64,000 bases of DNA from the NCBI GenBank assembly GCA_964412955.1, contig CAYPQV010000020.1:3023-67022 (forward strand). The letters are read 5' to 3'. The notes beneath the pieces were generated by a model. The model made no database searches and was not told the DNA's origin. It saw nothing but the letters and a program-made list of their open reading frames with translations. Below, piece by piece: positions 51,159 through 60,185 of the stretch. Position numbers and translations under genes: made by a program. Position 1 is the first letter of the stretch, and each line of letters starts with the position of its first letter. The DNA is from an uncultured Hyphomicrobiales bacterium (lineage in GTDB: Bacteria; Pseudomonadota; Alphaproteobacteria; Rhodospirillales; 2-12-FULL-67-15).

Positions 51159-52166
51159 CTACTTCGCGTTGGCCATCGCCAGCGCGGTGTCGGCCATGCG
51201 GTTGGAGAAGCCCCATTCGTTGTCGTACCACGACAGCACGCGCACGAAATCGCCGTCGATCACCTGGGTCTGGGTCAGGTCGAACATGGAGCTGTACGGG
51301 CAATGGTTGAAGTCGATCGACACCAGCGGTTCGTCGTTGGTGCCGAGCACGCCCTTGAGCCTGCCCTTGGCCGCCTTGACGATGGCGGCGTTGATCGCCT
51401 TGGCGTCGGTCTTCTTCCGGGCGACGAACTTGAAATCGACCACCGAGACATTCGGCGTCGTCACGCGGATCGCGGTGCCGTCGAGCTTGCCCTTCAATTC
51501 GGGCAGCACCAGGCCGACCGCCTTGGCAGCACCCGTCGAGGTCGGGATCATGGACAGCGCCGCCGCGCGCGCCCGGCGCAGGTCCTTGTGCAGCGTGTCG
51601 ACCGTGCGCTGGTCGCCGGTGTAGGAGTGGATCGTGGTCATGTAGCCCTTGACGATGCCGACCGCCTCGTTGAGCACGTAGGCGACCGGCGCCAGGCAGT
51701 TGGTGGTGCACGACGCGTTGGACACGACCTCGTGCTTCCGGGTCAGCTTGTCGTGGTTGACGCCGTAGACGACGGTCAGATCGACGCCGTCGGCGGGGGC
51801 CGAGACCAGCACCTTCTTCGCGCCGGCGGCGAGGTGCTGCGCGGCGGACGCGCGGTCGGTGAAGCGCCCGGTGCATTCGAGCGCGATGTCGACGCCGAGC
51901 TTCTTCCACGGCAGCTTCGCCGGTTCCTTCTCGGCGGTGACGCGGATCGCGGACTTCCCCACGGTCATCACGTCGCCCTTGACCGCGACCGCGACCGGCA
52001 GGCGGCCGTGGACCGAGTCGTAACGGAGCAGATGGGCGTTGGCCTCGGGCGAGCCGAGGTCGTTGATGCCGACCACCTGAATGTCTTTGCGCCCGGACTC
52101 GACGATCGCCCGCAGCACCAGCCGCCCGATCCGCCCGAAACCGTTGATTGCCACGCGTACCGCCAT
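51159..52166 (-). CDS. gap: Glyceraldehyde-3-phosphate dehydrogenase type I
   Basis: INGFGRIGR, SNASCTTNCLAP, WYDNEWG. Confidence 0.97.
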   Translation of the reverse strand: MAVRVAINGFGRIGRLVLRAIVESGRKDIQVVGINDLGSPEANAHLLRYDSVHGRLPVAVAVKGDVMTVGKSAIRVTAEKEPAKLPWKKLGVDIALECTGRFTDRASAAQHLAAGAKKVLVSAPADGVDLTVVYGVNHDKLTRKHEVVSNASCTTNCLAPVAYVLNEAVGIVKGYMTTIHSYTGDQRTVDTLHKDLRRARAAALSMIPTSTGAAKAVGLVLPELKGKLDGTAIRVTTPNVSVVDFKFVARKKTDAKAINAAIVKAAKGRLKGVLGTNDEPLVSIDFNHCPYSSMFDLTQTQVIDGDFVRVLSWYDNEWGFSNRMADTALAMANAK

Positions 52167-52371
52167 CGTCTCCTCCGCCCGTTGCTAAGTCGAAATTCCG
52201 GAAGGGGGCAACTTCGGGCCAAGCGCGCGGTCCGTCAACGATATTTTGCGGCGATTGACGATGCGCGCGTGGCATACCTATGCTGCAATGCGCGCGGGCG
52301 AATCCCCGCGCGCGTCAAAAGATGCGCCCTTACCGGAGCGCGGGCGCGCGGAAAATCCGCGGGAGGTCGGT

Positions 52372-52674
52372 TTGACGGAAACTCATTCGCAACGGAAACC
52401 GGGCCGGCTCGGCGCCGCCGAGGCCCGGCTCGACGCCGCCCTCGGCCGGATCGAGGCGGCGCTGGAAGGCGTGGCGGGCGAACTGGCGGCGCGCGCGGAC
52501 CGGGCGGCGGCCGAGGCCCAGGCCCGGCTCCGGGCCGAGGAAGAGCGCGCCGGCGACCGTGCGGCGCTCGCGCAGCTGCGGGAAGAAAACGCGGCGCTGC
52601 AACACACGCGCGATCTGGTGTCGGGCCGGCTAGACGCCGCGGTCGAGCGCCTGCGCCAGGCGCTCGCGCACTGA
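52372..52674 (+). CDS. DUF4164-like coiled-coil protein
   Basis: TTG start after GGGAGG; coiled coil; immediately upstream of zapA. Confidence 0.7.
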   Translation: MTETHSQRKPGRLGAAEARLDAALGRIEAALEGVAGELAARADRAAAEAQARLRAEEERAGDRAALAQLREENAALQHTRDLVSGRLDAAVERLRQALAH

Positions 52675-52695
52675 ACGGACGGGGGAGGATCGCCC

Positions 52696-53058
52696 ATGGC
52701 CCAAACCGCGGTTCGCATCAACGGCCGCTCGTACCCCATCGTCTGCGACGACGGGCAGGAAGCGCACCTCGCCCGCCTCGCCGAATTCATCGACAAGCGG
52801 GTCGGCCAGCTCGCCGCCGCGGTCGGGCGCGCCGACGATTCGCGCCTCCTGGTGATGGCGAGCCTGATGATCGCCGACGAATTGCTGGACGCGCAGGCCG
52901 CGCTGCGCGCCGCGCGCGCCGAAGCCGGCGACAGCCCGGCGCTGGCGGTGGCCGCGGCCGAGGATGCCATCGCCCGGCGCATCGAGCGCGTCGCCGAGCG
53001 GATCGAGGGCCTCGCCGTCAAGTTCGAACGCCTGCGGCCGGAGTCGGGTGCCGCCTGA
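52696..53058 (+). CDS. zapA: Cell division protein ZapA
   Basis: INGRSYPIVCDDGQE, RLLVMASLMIADEL. Confidence 0.93.
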   Translation: MAQTAVRINGRSYPIVCDDGQEAHLARLAEFIDKRVGQLAAAVGRADDSRLLVMASLMIADELLDAQAALRAARAEAGDSPALAVAAAEDAIARRIERVAERIEGLAVKFERLRPESGAA

Positions 53059-53068
53059 AATTCGTGGT

Positions 53069-53656
53069 ATGACCCTCGACCAAGCCAAAAAGGCGGCGCG
53101 CGCCGAGGCGCAGGCCCGCCGCGACGCGGCCTTCGCCGTCGATCCGCGCGCGGGCGAACGCCTCGCCGCGAACGTGATGGCGAGCGCCGACGCGCTCGGG
53201 CTCGCGCCGGGCGTCGCGGTCTCGGTCTACTGGCCGATGCAGCAGGAAATGGACGTGCGCCCTCTGCTCGACGCGCTCGCGGCGCGCGGCCTGGTCGTCG
53301 CGCTGCCGGTGGTGATGGGCAAGGGCAAGCCGCTCGTCTTCCGGCGCTGGCGGCCGGGCCTGGTCCTGAAATCCGGTTCGTTCGGCTTGAGCGAGCCGGG
53401 ACCGGAGGAACCCGAAGTCACGCCCCGCGTCGTGTTCGCGCCGCTGCTCGCGTTCGACCGGAAGGGCCAGCGCATCGGCTGGGGCGCCGGGTTCTACGAC
53501 CGCACGCTCGCGGGTCTGCGCGCGAAGGGGCCGACCGTCGCCGTCGGCGTCGCCTACGCCGCCCAGGAAGTGGCCGAGGTGCCGACCGGCGAATACGATC
53601 AGCCGCTCGACTGGATCGCGACCGAGCGCAAAGTGGCGCCGTTCGCGAAGGAATGA
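53069..53656 (+). CDS. ygfA: 5-formyltetrahydrofolate cyclo-ligase
   Basis: PLLAFD, RIGWGAGFYDR, DQPLD. Confidence 0.92.
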   Translation: MTLDQAKKAARAEAQARRDAAFAVDPRAGERLAANVMASADALGLAPGVAVSVYWPMQQEMDVRPLLDALAARGLVVALPVVMGKGKPLVFRRWRPGLVLKSGSFGLSEPGPEEPEVTPRVVFAPLLAFDRKGQRIGWGAGFYDRTLAGLRAKGPTVAVGVAYAAQEVAEVPTGEYDQPLDWIATERKVAPFAKE

Positions 53657-53660
53657 TCGG

Positions 53661-54476
53661 ATGCGGATTCTGATCCTCGGCGACGTGATGGGAAGTTCGG
53701 GCCGCAAGGCGGTGGCGGAGCACCTGCCCAATCTTCGGCGCGAGCTCGATCTCGATTTCGTCGTGGTCAACGGCGAAAACGCCGCGCACGGCTACGGCAT
53801 CACCGGGCCGATCTGCGCCGACCTCTACGCCGCCGGGGCCGACGTCATCACCACCGGCAATCACGTCTGGGACCAGCGCGAGATCGCGGGCTACATTGAC
53901 ACCGATCCGCGCCTGCTCCGTCCGATCAATTATCCGCCGGGCACGCCTGGGCGCGGCGCGGGCGTTTTCCCGGCGCGCGACGGAAAGTCCGTGCTGGTCG
54001 CCCATCCCATGGGGCGTCTTTATATGGAGCCGCTCGACAACCCCTTCGCGGCGGTCGAGGCGGCGCTCGCCAACCACCGCCTCGGCGTTTCGGTCGCGGC
54101 GGCGCTGGTCGACATCCACGCGGAAGCCACCAGCGAGAAGATGGCGATGGCCCATTTCCTCGACGGGCGCGTGTCGGCGGTGGTCGGCAGCCACACCCAC
54201 GTGCCGACCGCGGACGCGCGCGTGCTGCCGGGCGGCACCGCCTACATCAGCGACCTCGGCATGTGCGGCGATTACGATTCGGTGATCGGCATGGAAAAGG
54301 GCCCGGCGACCGAACGGTTCGTGCGGAAGGTGATCGGATCGCGGCTGGAACCCGCCACGGGCCCGGGCGCGATCGCCGGGCTTTATGTCGAGACCGACGA
54401 CCGGACCGGCCTCAGCCTCCGCGCCGAACCGGTGCGCCTCGGCCCCGGCCTGGCTTCCGCCATGCCCGCCCCTTAG
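53661..54476 (+). CDS. YmdB/TIGR00282 metallophosphoesterase
   Basis: NGENAAHG, TTGNH, HAEATSEK, GSHTHVPTAD. Confidence 0.92.
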   Translation: MRILILGDVMGSSGRKAVAEHLPNLRRELDLDFVVVNGENAAHGYGITGPICADLYAAGADVITTGNHVWDQREIAGYIDTDPRLLRPINYPPGTPGRGAGVFPARDGKSVLVAHPMGRLYMEPLDNPFAAVEAALANHRLGVSVAAALVDIHAEATSEKMAMAHFLDGRVSAVVGSHTHVPTADARVLPGGTAYISDLGMCGDYDSVIGMEKGPATERFVRKVIGSRLEPATGPGAIAGLYVETDDRTGLSLRAEPVRLGPGLASAMPAP

Positions 54477-54632
54477 GGCAGGCCCGCCCGGCCGGTTCGC
54501 GCCCACCACGGCCGCGCCTACCGGCTCGAACGATTACCTGTTATCGTGCGTCCCCGTTCAGGGGAGCATCCGGAGCCGGCCGCCAAGAAGCCGTCCTTGT
54601 GTTCCTCTTTTGCAAACAGGGAGAAAATCATC

Positions 54633-55250
54633 ATGCGCCGCTTATCGGCACGCGTGGTTGCTTACCTCGCGGGAATGACGGTCGTCGCGTTCGCCGCGAT
54701 CCACTTCGCGCCCCAGGCGTCGGGCCAATCCGGTCCGGGCTGGGTGACGCTGGTCGACGGCAAGACCATGGGCGATTGGGACCGCGTCGGCGAGACCAAC
54801 TGGCGGATGGAAGACGGGGCCCTGGTCGCCGACAAGCTGACCAGCAAGGGCGCCGCCCACCTGGTCTCGAAGAAATCCTACAAGAGCTTCCAGATTCACG
54901 CGGAATTCTGGGCCAGCGACGATGCCAACAGCGGTATTTTCCTGCGCTGCAGCGACGCCAAGAAACCCGGCCAAAAAACCTGCTACGAGGTCAACATCTT
55001 CGACCAGCGCAAGGATCCGTCCTACGGCACCGGCGCGATCGTGGATTTCGCCGAGGTCAATCCGATGCCCAAGGCCGGCGGCAAGTGGAACACCTTCGAG
55101 ATCACCGCCAAGGGACGGGACATCACCGTCGTCCTCAACGGGCAAAAAACCGCCACCTTGCGCAACAACTTGTGGGAAGAGGGTCCGATCACCCTGCAGC
55201 ACGGCGGTGGCACGATCAAATTCCGGAAAGTGGCGATCAAGGAGCTTTAG
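54633..55250 (+). CDS. Exported DUF1080 (3-keto-disaccharide hydrolase-like) protein
   Basis: Signal peptide, NSGIFLR, YEVNI, GKWNT, GPITLQHGG. Confidence 0.85.
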   Translation: MRRLSARVVAYLAGMTVVAFAAIHFAPQASGQSGPGWVTLVDGKTMGDWDRVGETNWRMEDGALVADKLTSKGAAHLVSKKSYKSFQIHAEFWASDDANSGIFLRCSDAKKPGQKTCYEVNIFDQRKDPSYGTGAIVDFAEVNPMPKAGGKWNTFEITAKGRDITVVLNGQKTATLRNNLWEEGPITLQHGGGTIKFRKVAIKEL

Positions 55251-55280
55251 GGTTCCGCCCGCGGCTTCGGAACGCCGTCC

Positions 55281-56111
55281 ATGCCGACGCAAGCGGAAAA
55301 AGCCCGCGCGTTCCGCGCGCTCCACGAATGCCCCGGCGTGTTCGTGCTGCCCAACCCGTGGGACGCTGGCAGCGCGAAGCTGCTCGCCCACCTCGGCTTC
55401 GAGGCGCTCGCCACCACCAGCCTCGGGTTCGCCGCCACGCTGGCCAAGGTGGACGGCACCGGCGCGGTGAGCCGCGCCGACACGCTCGCCAACTGCCGCC
55501 AGATCGTCGACGCCACCGATCTTCCGGTCAACGCCGATCTGGAGAACTGCTTCGCCGACGATCCCAGGAGGGCGGCCGAAACCATCCGGCTCGCGGCGGA
55601 AGCGGGCGCGGTCGGCGGCTCGATCGAGGACGCGACCGGCGACGCAGGCCGGCCGATCTACGATTTCAACCACGCGGTCGAACGGGTGACGGCGGCGGTC
55701 GAAGTGGCGCGCGCGCTGCCGTTTCCGTTCACGCTCACCGCGCGCGCGGAAAATTTCCTGCACGGAAGGCCCGATCTCGACGACACCCTCCGCCGTCTGC
55801 GGGCGTTCGAGCAGGCGGGCGCCGACGTGCTCTACGCGCCGGGGCTCAGGGACCTCGCCGTCATCCGCACGGTGGTGTCGTCGCTGAAGAAGCCGTTCAA
55901 CGCGCTGATGGCGTCGGCCGATCCGGCGTTGACGGTGAAGGATCTGGGCGCGGCGGGCGTCAAGCGCATCAGCACCGGCAGCGGGCTCGCGCGCCTGGCC
56001 CTCGGCGCGTTCCTGAAAGGCGCGCGCGCGTTGAAGGATCAGGGCAGCTTTACGTGGATCGGCGACGCGGTCCCGAGCCGCGATCTGAAGGACATCTTCG
56101 GGCGCGGCTAG
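55281..56111 (+). CDS. Isocitrate lyase/PEP mutase family protein
   Basis: PNPWDAGSA, VNADLE, SIED, GADVLYAPG. Confidence 0.9.
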   Translation: MPTQAEKARAFRALHECPGVFVLPNPWDAGSAKLLAHLGFEALATTSLGFAATLAKVDGTGAVSRADTLANCRQIVDATDLPVNADLENCFADDPRRAAETIRLAAEAGAVGGSIEDATGDAGRPIYDFNHAVERVTAAVEVARALPFPFTLTARAENFLHGRPDLDDTLRRLRAFEQAGADVLYAPGLRDLAVIRTVVSSLKKPFNALMASADPALTVKDLGAAGVKRISTGSGLARLALGAFLKGARALKDQGSFTWIGDAVPSRDLKDIFGRG

Positions 56112-56154
56112 CCCCGGCGCCTACCCCCGAAACCCGGCCCGAAAGGGCGGCCGA

Positions 56155-56198
56155 TTGCGAATTTTCGCGCCTCGGGCTATAAAGAACATATGAGGAAC
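56155..56198 (+). promoter_or_regulatory. Sigma70 promoter with adjacent LexA (SOS) box
   Basis: TTGCGA-17 bp-TATAAA followed directly by GAAC-ATATGAG-GAAC (56184-56198). Confidence 0.75.
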
Positions 56199-56711
56199 AT
56201 GATCGTTGCGATGGCTTTCATTCTCGCGGCCTGCGCGGGCGCGGTCGAGGTCGACCCGGCGGAAATCCGCTTCATCACGCCGACCGGGGCGACGTCGAAA
56301 TGCATCGGCGACGCGACCACGCCCATGTGCGCGGCGGAAACGCTCATCGGCTGCGCCGGGCGCGTGTGGAACAAGGGCTGCGCGACGGTGAATTTCGATT
56401 TCGATCCCCAGAAAGTTTCCCCGCGACGGATCGAATACGTGATCGTGAAGGCCGGATTCGTGAACAAGGAAAAAGTCCGGCACGCCAAGAAAGACGACCC
56501 CCCGCCCGGCGACCCGGAACCCGGCGCCTATTCGTGGCTCACGGAAGACGCTTTTCAGGTTCTGTACTTCCGCCGCAGTTGTCTGGCGACGGCGGAATCC
56601 TGCGGCATAGCGCCTTGGAGCCACAGCATGGCCACGGTGGCCCCTCGCGAAGGCTATTGGGCGTTTTCCGTCGTCGGTTATTTTGATCCAGACGATTGGT
56701 TCGTGGACTGA
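56190..56711 (+). CDS. Cys-rich putative lipoprotein
   Basis: Lipobox LAAC at residue 15 plus six more Cys; alternative start 56199. Confidence 0.72.
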   Translation: MRNMIVAMAFILAACAGAVEVDPAEIRFITPTGATSKCIGDATTPMCAAETLIGCAGRVWNKGCATVNFDFDPQKVSPRRIEYVIVKAGFVNKEKVRHAKKDDPPPGDPEPGAYSWLTEDAFQVLYFRRSCLATAESCGIAPWSHSMATVAPREGYWAFSVVGYFDPDDWFVD

Positions 56712-56719
56712 AATCCCCT

Positions 56720-57715
56720 TCACCGTTTGTCGGGAAACAAGACCCCGGTCGGGTTCTTGCGGCGGTTGCCTTTCCACACTTCCACGTGAACGTGGTTGGT
56801 CATGCGCCCGCCGTCCCTGGGCGGATAAACCCTGGAAAGATCCTGGGCGGTGCCGATCGGTTGACCCGCCTTCACCGCCGCGCCGTTTTCGATGCCTTCG
56901 CCGGGCTTGACGTAGAATACTTTGACCACGTGACCGTCCTCGGTCTTGATGCGCACGGATTGATAAATGTCGCGTTTCTTCGGATCGTCCCCGTACGGAT
57001 CGCCGATGGACACGGTGCCCGACACCGGGCTGACGACGGTCTCGCCGGGTTGGACGGCGATGTCCACGCCTTCATGGCGTCTTCCGGTACGGCCGGCGCC
57101 GAACGCGCCCGATCCGTAGGGCGGACCGTCGTCGCCGCGCATCCGTCCGCCCGGAACCGGGTTGACCATCGGCGGCAGATCGCCGCCATCCGCGATTTGC
57201 GGCGACCGATCGGCTGTTTCCGTTTTGACTCCGGATTCCAAGCCGTGTTCCGACCGGGATACCGGTTCCGATCCTTGTCCGGGCCTCGCCCGCCAGTAAT
57301 CGGCGACCTCGGTCTTGCCGCCGTCCCTTGTGTGGGCCTGGACGTGGACGGCGCCCTCGCGGGTACCCGTCGGGCGTTCATCGAAGGATTGTCGATTCCC
57401 GTCATCGCGCGGGTCCCGCGCCACGAAGGACGATCCGTTGAGCGACCGCTCGAGCCGGTCCATCTCGCGGTTCACCTGGGCCACCTGATGCGCGACCGCT
57501 TCGGGCGGCAACGGAGAGACATCGATCGCCTTGCCGGTTTCGTCGTATTTGGTCTTGCCGGGAAACAGGAACGCGAATCCTTGGGCGACCAGACGCTGAT
57601 AAAGCGGCGAACTGGGATGCTTGAGGTCCCAATAGGCGCGCTCGCGCATCAGGTTCCGCAAGCCGTCCTTGGTCAGCGGCTGGGGCAAGCGCGGGATGGG
57701 GTATTCGAGGCTCAT
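56720..57715 (-). CDS. Multi-domain protein with C-terminal M23 metallopeptidase (LECT2-like)
   Basis: HEGVD (HxxxD) and HVH (HxH) motifs; no N-terminal signal peptide; AGGAAG upstream of ATG 57715. Confidence 0.8.
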   Translation of the reverse strand: MSLEYPIPRLPQPLTKDGLRNLMRERAYWDLKHPSSPLYQRLVAQGFAFLFPGKTKYDETGKAIDVSPLPPEAVAHQVAQVNREMDRLERSLNGSSFVARDPRDDGNRQSFDERPTGTREGAVHVQAHTRDGGKTEVADYWRARPGQGSEPVSRSEHGLESGVKTETADRSPQIADGGDLPPMVNPVPGGRMRGDDGPPYGSGAFGAGRTGRRHEGVDIAVQPGETVVSPVSGTVSIGDPYGDDPKKRDIYQSVRIKTEDGHVVKVFYVKPGEGIENGAAVKAGQPIGTAQDLSRVYPPRDGGRMTNHVHVEVWKGNRRKNPTGVLFPDKR

Positions 57716-57742
57716 GGCGTTCTTCCTGTCGGGAGAGGATAA

Positions 57743-57757
57743 GAACATAAATCGAAC
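57743..57757 (-). promoter_or_regulatory. LexA (SOS) box upstream of the M23 gene
   Basis: GAAC-ATAAATC-GAAC (GTTC-N7-GTTC on the minus strand), 27 bp from the start codon. Confidence 0.75.
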
Positions 57758-58158
57758 ATTTTATCAAGAATATTTTCACTAAAATTGACTAAAAACGTAT
57801 AATAGGATATATAGCATAACGTCTCTATCTCAAACCGCCTATCCCGGAAGGACCGGATTTCAACGACTTAGGGCCACAAATGATAATAAATGCTCATAAA
57901 AACCGCCTCCCGGCGCAGGGTTTCGTGCCCGATCAAGGGCTTAAGACCGTTTTACCCGTGCGGAACCCGTCCCGATGCGGCCATTATCCGGTCGCAAGAT
58001 GGGCGAGACGCGCGCAATGTCGCGCGTTTTCGCCGTGGCGGCGGGCGGGCGGGTCGTTTATTAATATTAATAACCTAGATGTGGTATGCTTCGCGCCCCT
58101 TCGGGCGCATATGATGGTTTTTGCTTCAATCGTTAAGGAGTCGAGGGACCATAGGTTC

Positions 58159-58917
58159 ATGGCCGGTCATTCCCAATTCAAAAACATCATGCACCGCAAG
58201 GGCAAGCAGGACGCCAAGCGGGCCAAGGTGTTCACCAAGATCATCCGCGAGTTGACCGTCGCCGCGCGCGCGGGATTGCCCGATCCCACCGCCAACCCGC
58301 GGCTCCGCGCCGCGATGGTGGCGGCGCGCGAAGCCAACATGCCGAAGGACACCATCGAGCGCGCCGTCAAGCGCGGCTCGGGCGGCGAGGGGGATTCCAA
58401 CTACGAGGAGGTGCGCTACGAAGGCTTCGGCCCCGGCGGCGTCGCCATCATCGTTGAGGCGCTGACCGACAACCGCAACCGCACCGCGAGCGAGCTGCGC
58501 GCCGCCTTCACCAAGCACGGCGGCAACCTCGCCGAAACCGGCGCGGTCGGATTCATGTTCGAGCGCGTCGGCGCCGTGCGCTATCCGGCGGCCACCGGCA
58601 AGAAAATAGATGCCGAAGCCGTGTTCGAGGCGGCGCTCGACGCCGGCGCCGCCGACGTGCGCTCCGACGCCGACGGCCACGAAATCGTGTGCGCGCCCGA
58701 CGATCTGGGCGCGGTGCGCGAAGGCCTGGAAAAGAAATTCGGCGAGGCCGCCGAGGCCCGGCTCGAATGGCGCCCGACCGGCGCGGTCGCGATCGCGGGC
58801 GAGGCGGCGGAGTCCTTGCTCAAGCTGCTCGAGGTGCTGGAAGACAACGACGACGTGCAGCGCGTCGTGTCCAACTTCGAGATGTCGGACGAAGCGCTGG
58901 CCAAGCTGAGCGCCTAA
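58159..58917 (+). CDS. yebC: YebC/PmpR family protein
   Basis: [25 protein letters not shown]. Confidence 0.95.
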   Translation: MAGHSQFKNIMHRKGKQDAKRAKVFTKIIRELTVAARAGLPDPTANPRLRAAMVAAREANMPKDTIERAVKRGSGGEGDSNYEEVRYEGFGPGGVAIIVEALTDNRNRTASELRAAFTKHGGNLAETGAVGFMFERVGAVRYPAATGKKIDAEAVFEAALDAGAADVRSDADGHEIVCAPDDLGAVREGLEKKFGEAAEARLEWRPTGAVAIAGEAAESLLKLLEVLEDNDDVQRVVSNFEMSDEALAKLSA

Positions 58918-58950
58918 GGGAATGACGGAGATGCGCGAACGGGGCACGCC

Positions 58951-59463
58951 ATGCGGCTGATCGGACTGGACCCGGGCCTGCGCGCGACCGGTTGGGGCGT
59001 GATCGAGGCCGACGGCAACCGGCTGCGCCACGTCGCCGACGGCGCGATCGGCAGCGACGGCGATTTGCCCATGCCCGAACGCCTGGCGCAGCTTTACGAG
59101 CGCCTCGCCGAAATCGTCCGCCGCCACCATCCCGACGAAGCGGCGGTCGAGGAAACCTTCGTCAACGTCAATCCGGCGTCCACCCTGAAGCTCGGCCAGG
59201 CACGCGCGGTGGCACTCCTGGTTCCGGCGCAATTGGGGCTTCCGGTCGCGGAGTATCCGCCCAACCTGGTGAAGAAATCCGTGGTCGGCGCGGGCCACGC
59301 CGCCAAGCCGCAGGTGCAGGCCATGATCCGCATCCTGTTGCCGGGGGCCGAAATCGCGACGCCGGACTCCGCCGACGCGCTCGCGGTCGCCATCTGCCAC
59401 GCGCACCATCGCGGCTCGCGCAACGCCGTCGCCCGCGCGCTCATGAAGGAAGCCGTATCGTGA
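58951..59463 (+). CDS. ruvC: Holliday junction resolvase
   Basis: [20 protein letters not shown]. Confidence 0.95.
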   Translation: MRLIGLDPGLRATGWGVIEADGNRLRHVADGAIGSDGDLPMPERLAQLYERLAEIVRRHHPDEAAVEETFVNVNPASTLKLGQARAVALLVPAQLGLPVAEYPPNLVKKSVVGAGHAAKPQVQAMIRILLPGAEIATPDSADALAVAICHAHHRGSRNAVARALMKEAVS

Positions 59464-60185
59464 TCGCCAAGCTGCGCGGCACGGTGGACCACATCGGCGA
59501 CGGCTTCGCCATCGTCGATGTCGGCGGCGTCGGCTACAAGGTCGCGCTCGCGTCCCAGACGCTCGCCCGCCTGCGGCCGGGGGAAGCGACGACCCTTTGG
59601 ATCGAAACCCAGGTGGGCGAGGATCACATCCGCCTGTTCGGGTTCCTCGACGCGGCCGAGCAGGACTGGTTCCGGCTCCTGACCACCGTCCAGGGGGTCG
59701 GGGCCAAGACCGCACTCAGCATTCTGTCGGCCCTGCCGCCCGACGATCTCGCGCGCGCCGTCGCGTCCTCCGACACAGCCGCGCTTTCCCGCGCCGACGG
59801 GGTAGGGGGCAAGCTCGCCGCCCGCATCGCCGCCGAATTGCGCGACAAGGCGGGCGCGATCGCGCTCCACGCCGCCGCGCGCGGCGGGCGCGCCGTCGCC
59901 GGGCGGAGCGGGGGCTCGGGTCCGGTCGCCGACGCGGTTTCGGCGCTCGCCAATCTCGGCTACGCGCCCTCCGACGCGCTCGCCGCGGTCGCCCGCGCTG
60001 CCGACGGCCAGGGCGCGGACGCGCCGGTCGAATCCCTCATTCGCGCCGCGCTCGCCGAACTTTCAGGCGCATGGCGCGCGGGCGAATCGTCGCGCGAAGG
60101 CGCGCCTAACGGCGCGACGCGCGCTCCGGAGGATGCGTCCCGAGCGGGGCGCAACAATAAAAAGGCCGCCGGAGGGCGACGATGA
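59460..60185 (+). CDS. ruvA: Holliday junction branch-migration protein
   Basis: IAKLRG, DVGGVGY, VQGVGAK, ALANLGY; GTG start. Confidence 0.93.
   Translation: MIAKLRGTVDHIGDGFAIVDVGGVGYKVALASQTLARLRPGEATTLWIETQVGEDHIRLFGFLDAAEQDWFRLLTTVQGVGAKTALSILSALPPDDLARAVASSDTAALSRADGVGGKLAARIAAELRDKAGAIALHAAARGGRAVAGRSGGSGPVADAVSALANLGYAPSDALAAVARAADGQGADAPVESLIRAALAELSGAWRAGESSREGAPNGATRAPEDASRAGRNNKKAAGGRR

Noticed and set aside
54480..54632. Relocated 6S RNA after ymdB
   Set aside because: No long rod-like complementarity with a central bubble could be traced by eye; a cmsearch would settle it
56190..57715. Prophage remnant
   Set aside because: No integrase, terminase, capsid, tail or att site in the window; only a short scaffold-like motif
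57879..57897. Fur box (AATGATAATAAATGCTCAT)
   Set aside because: Only one half-site matches; expected by chance in an AT-rich tract
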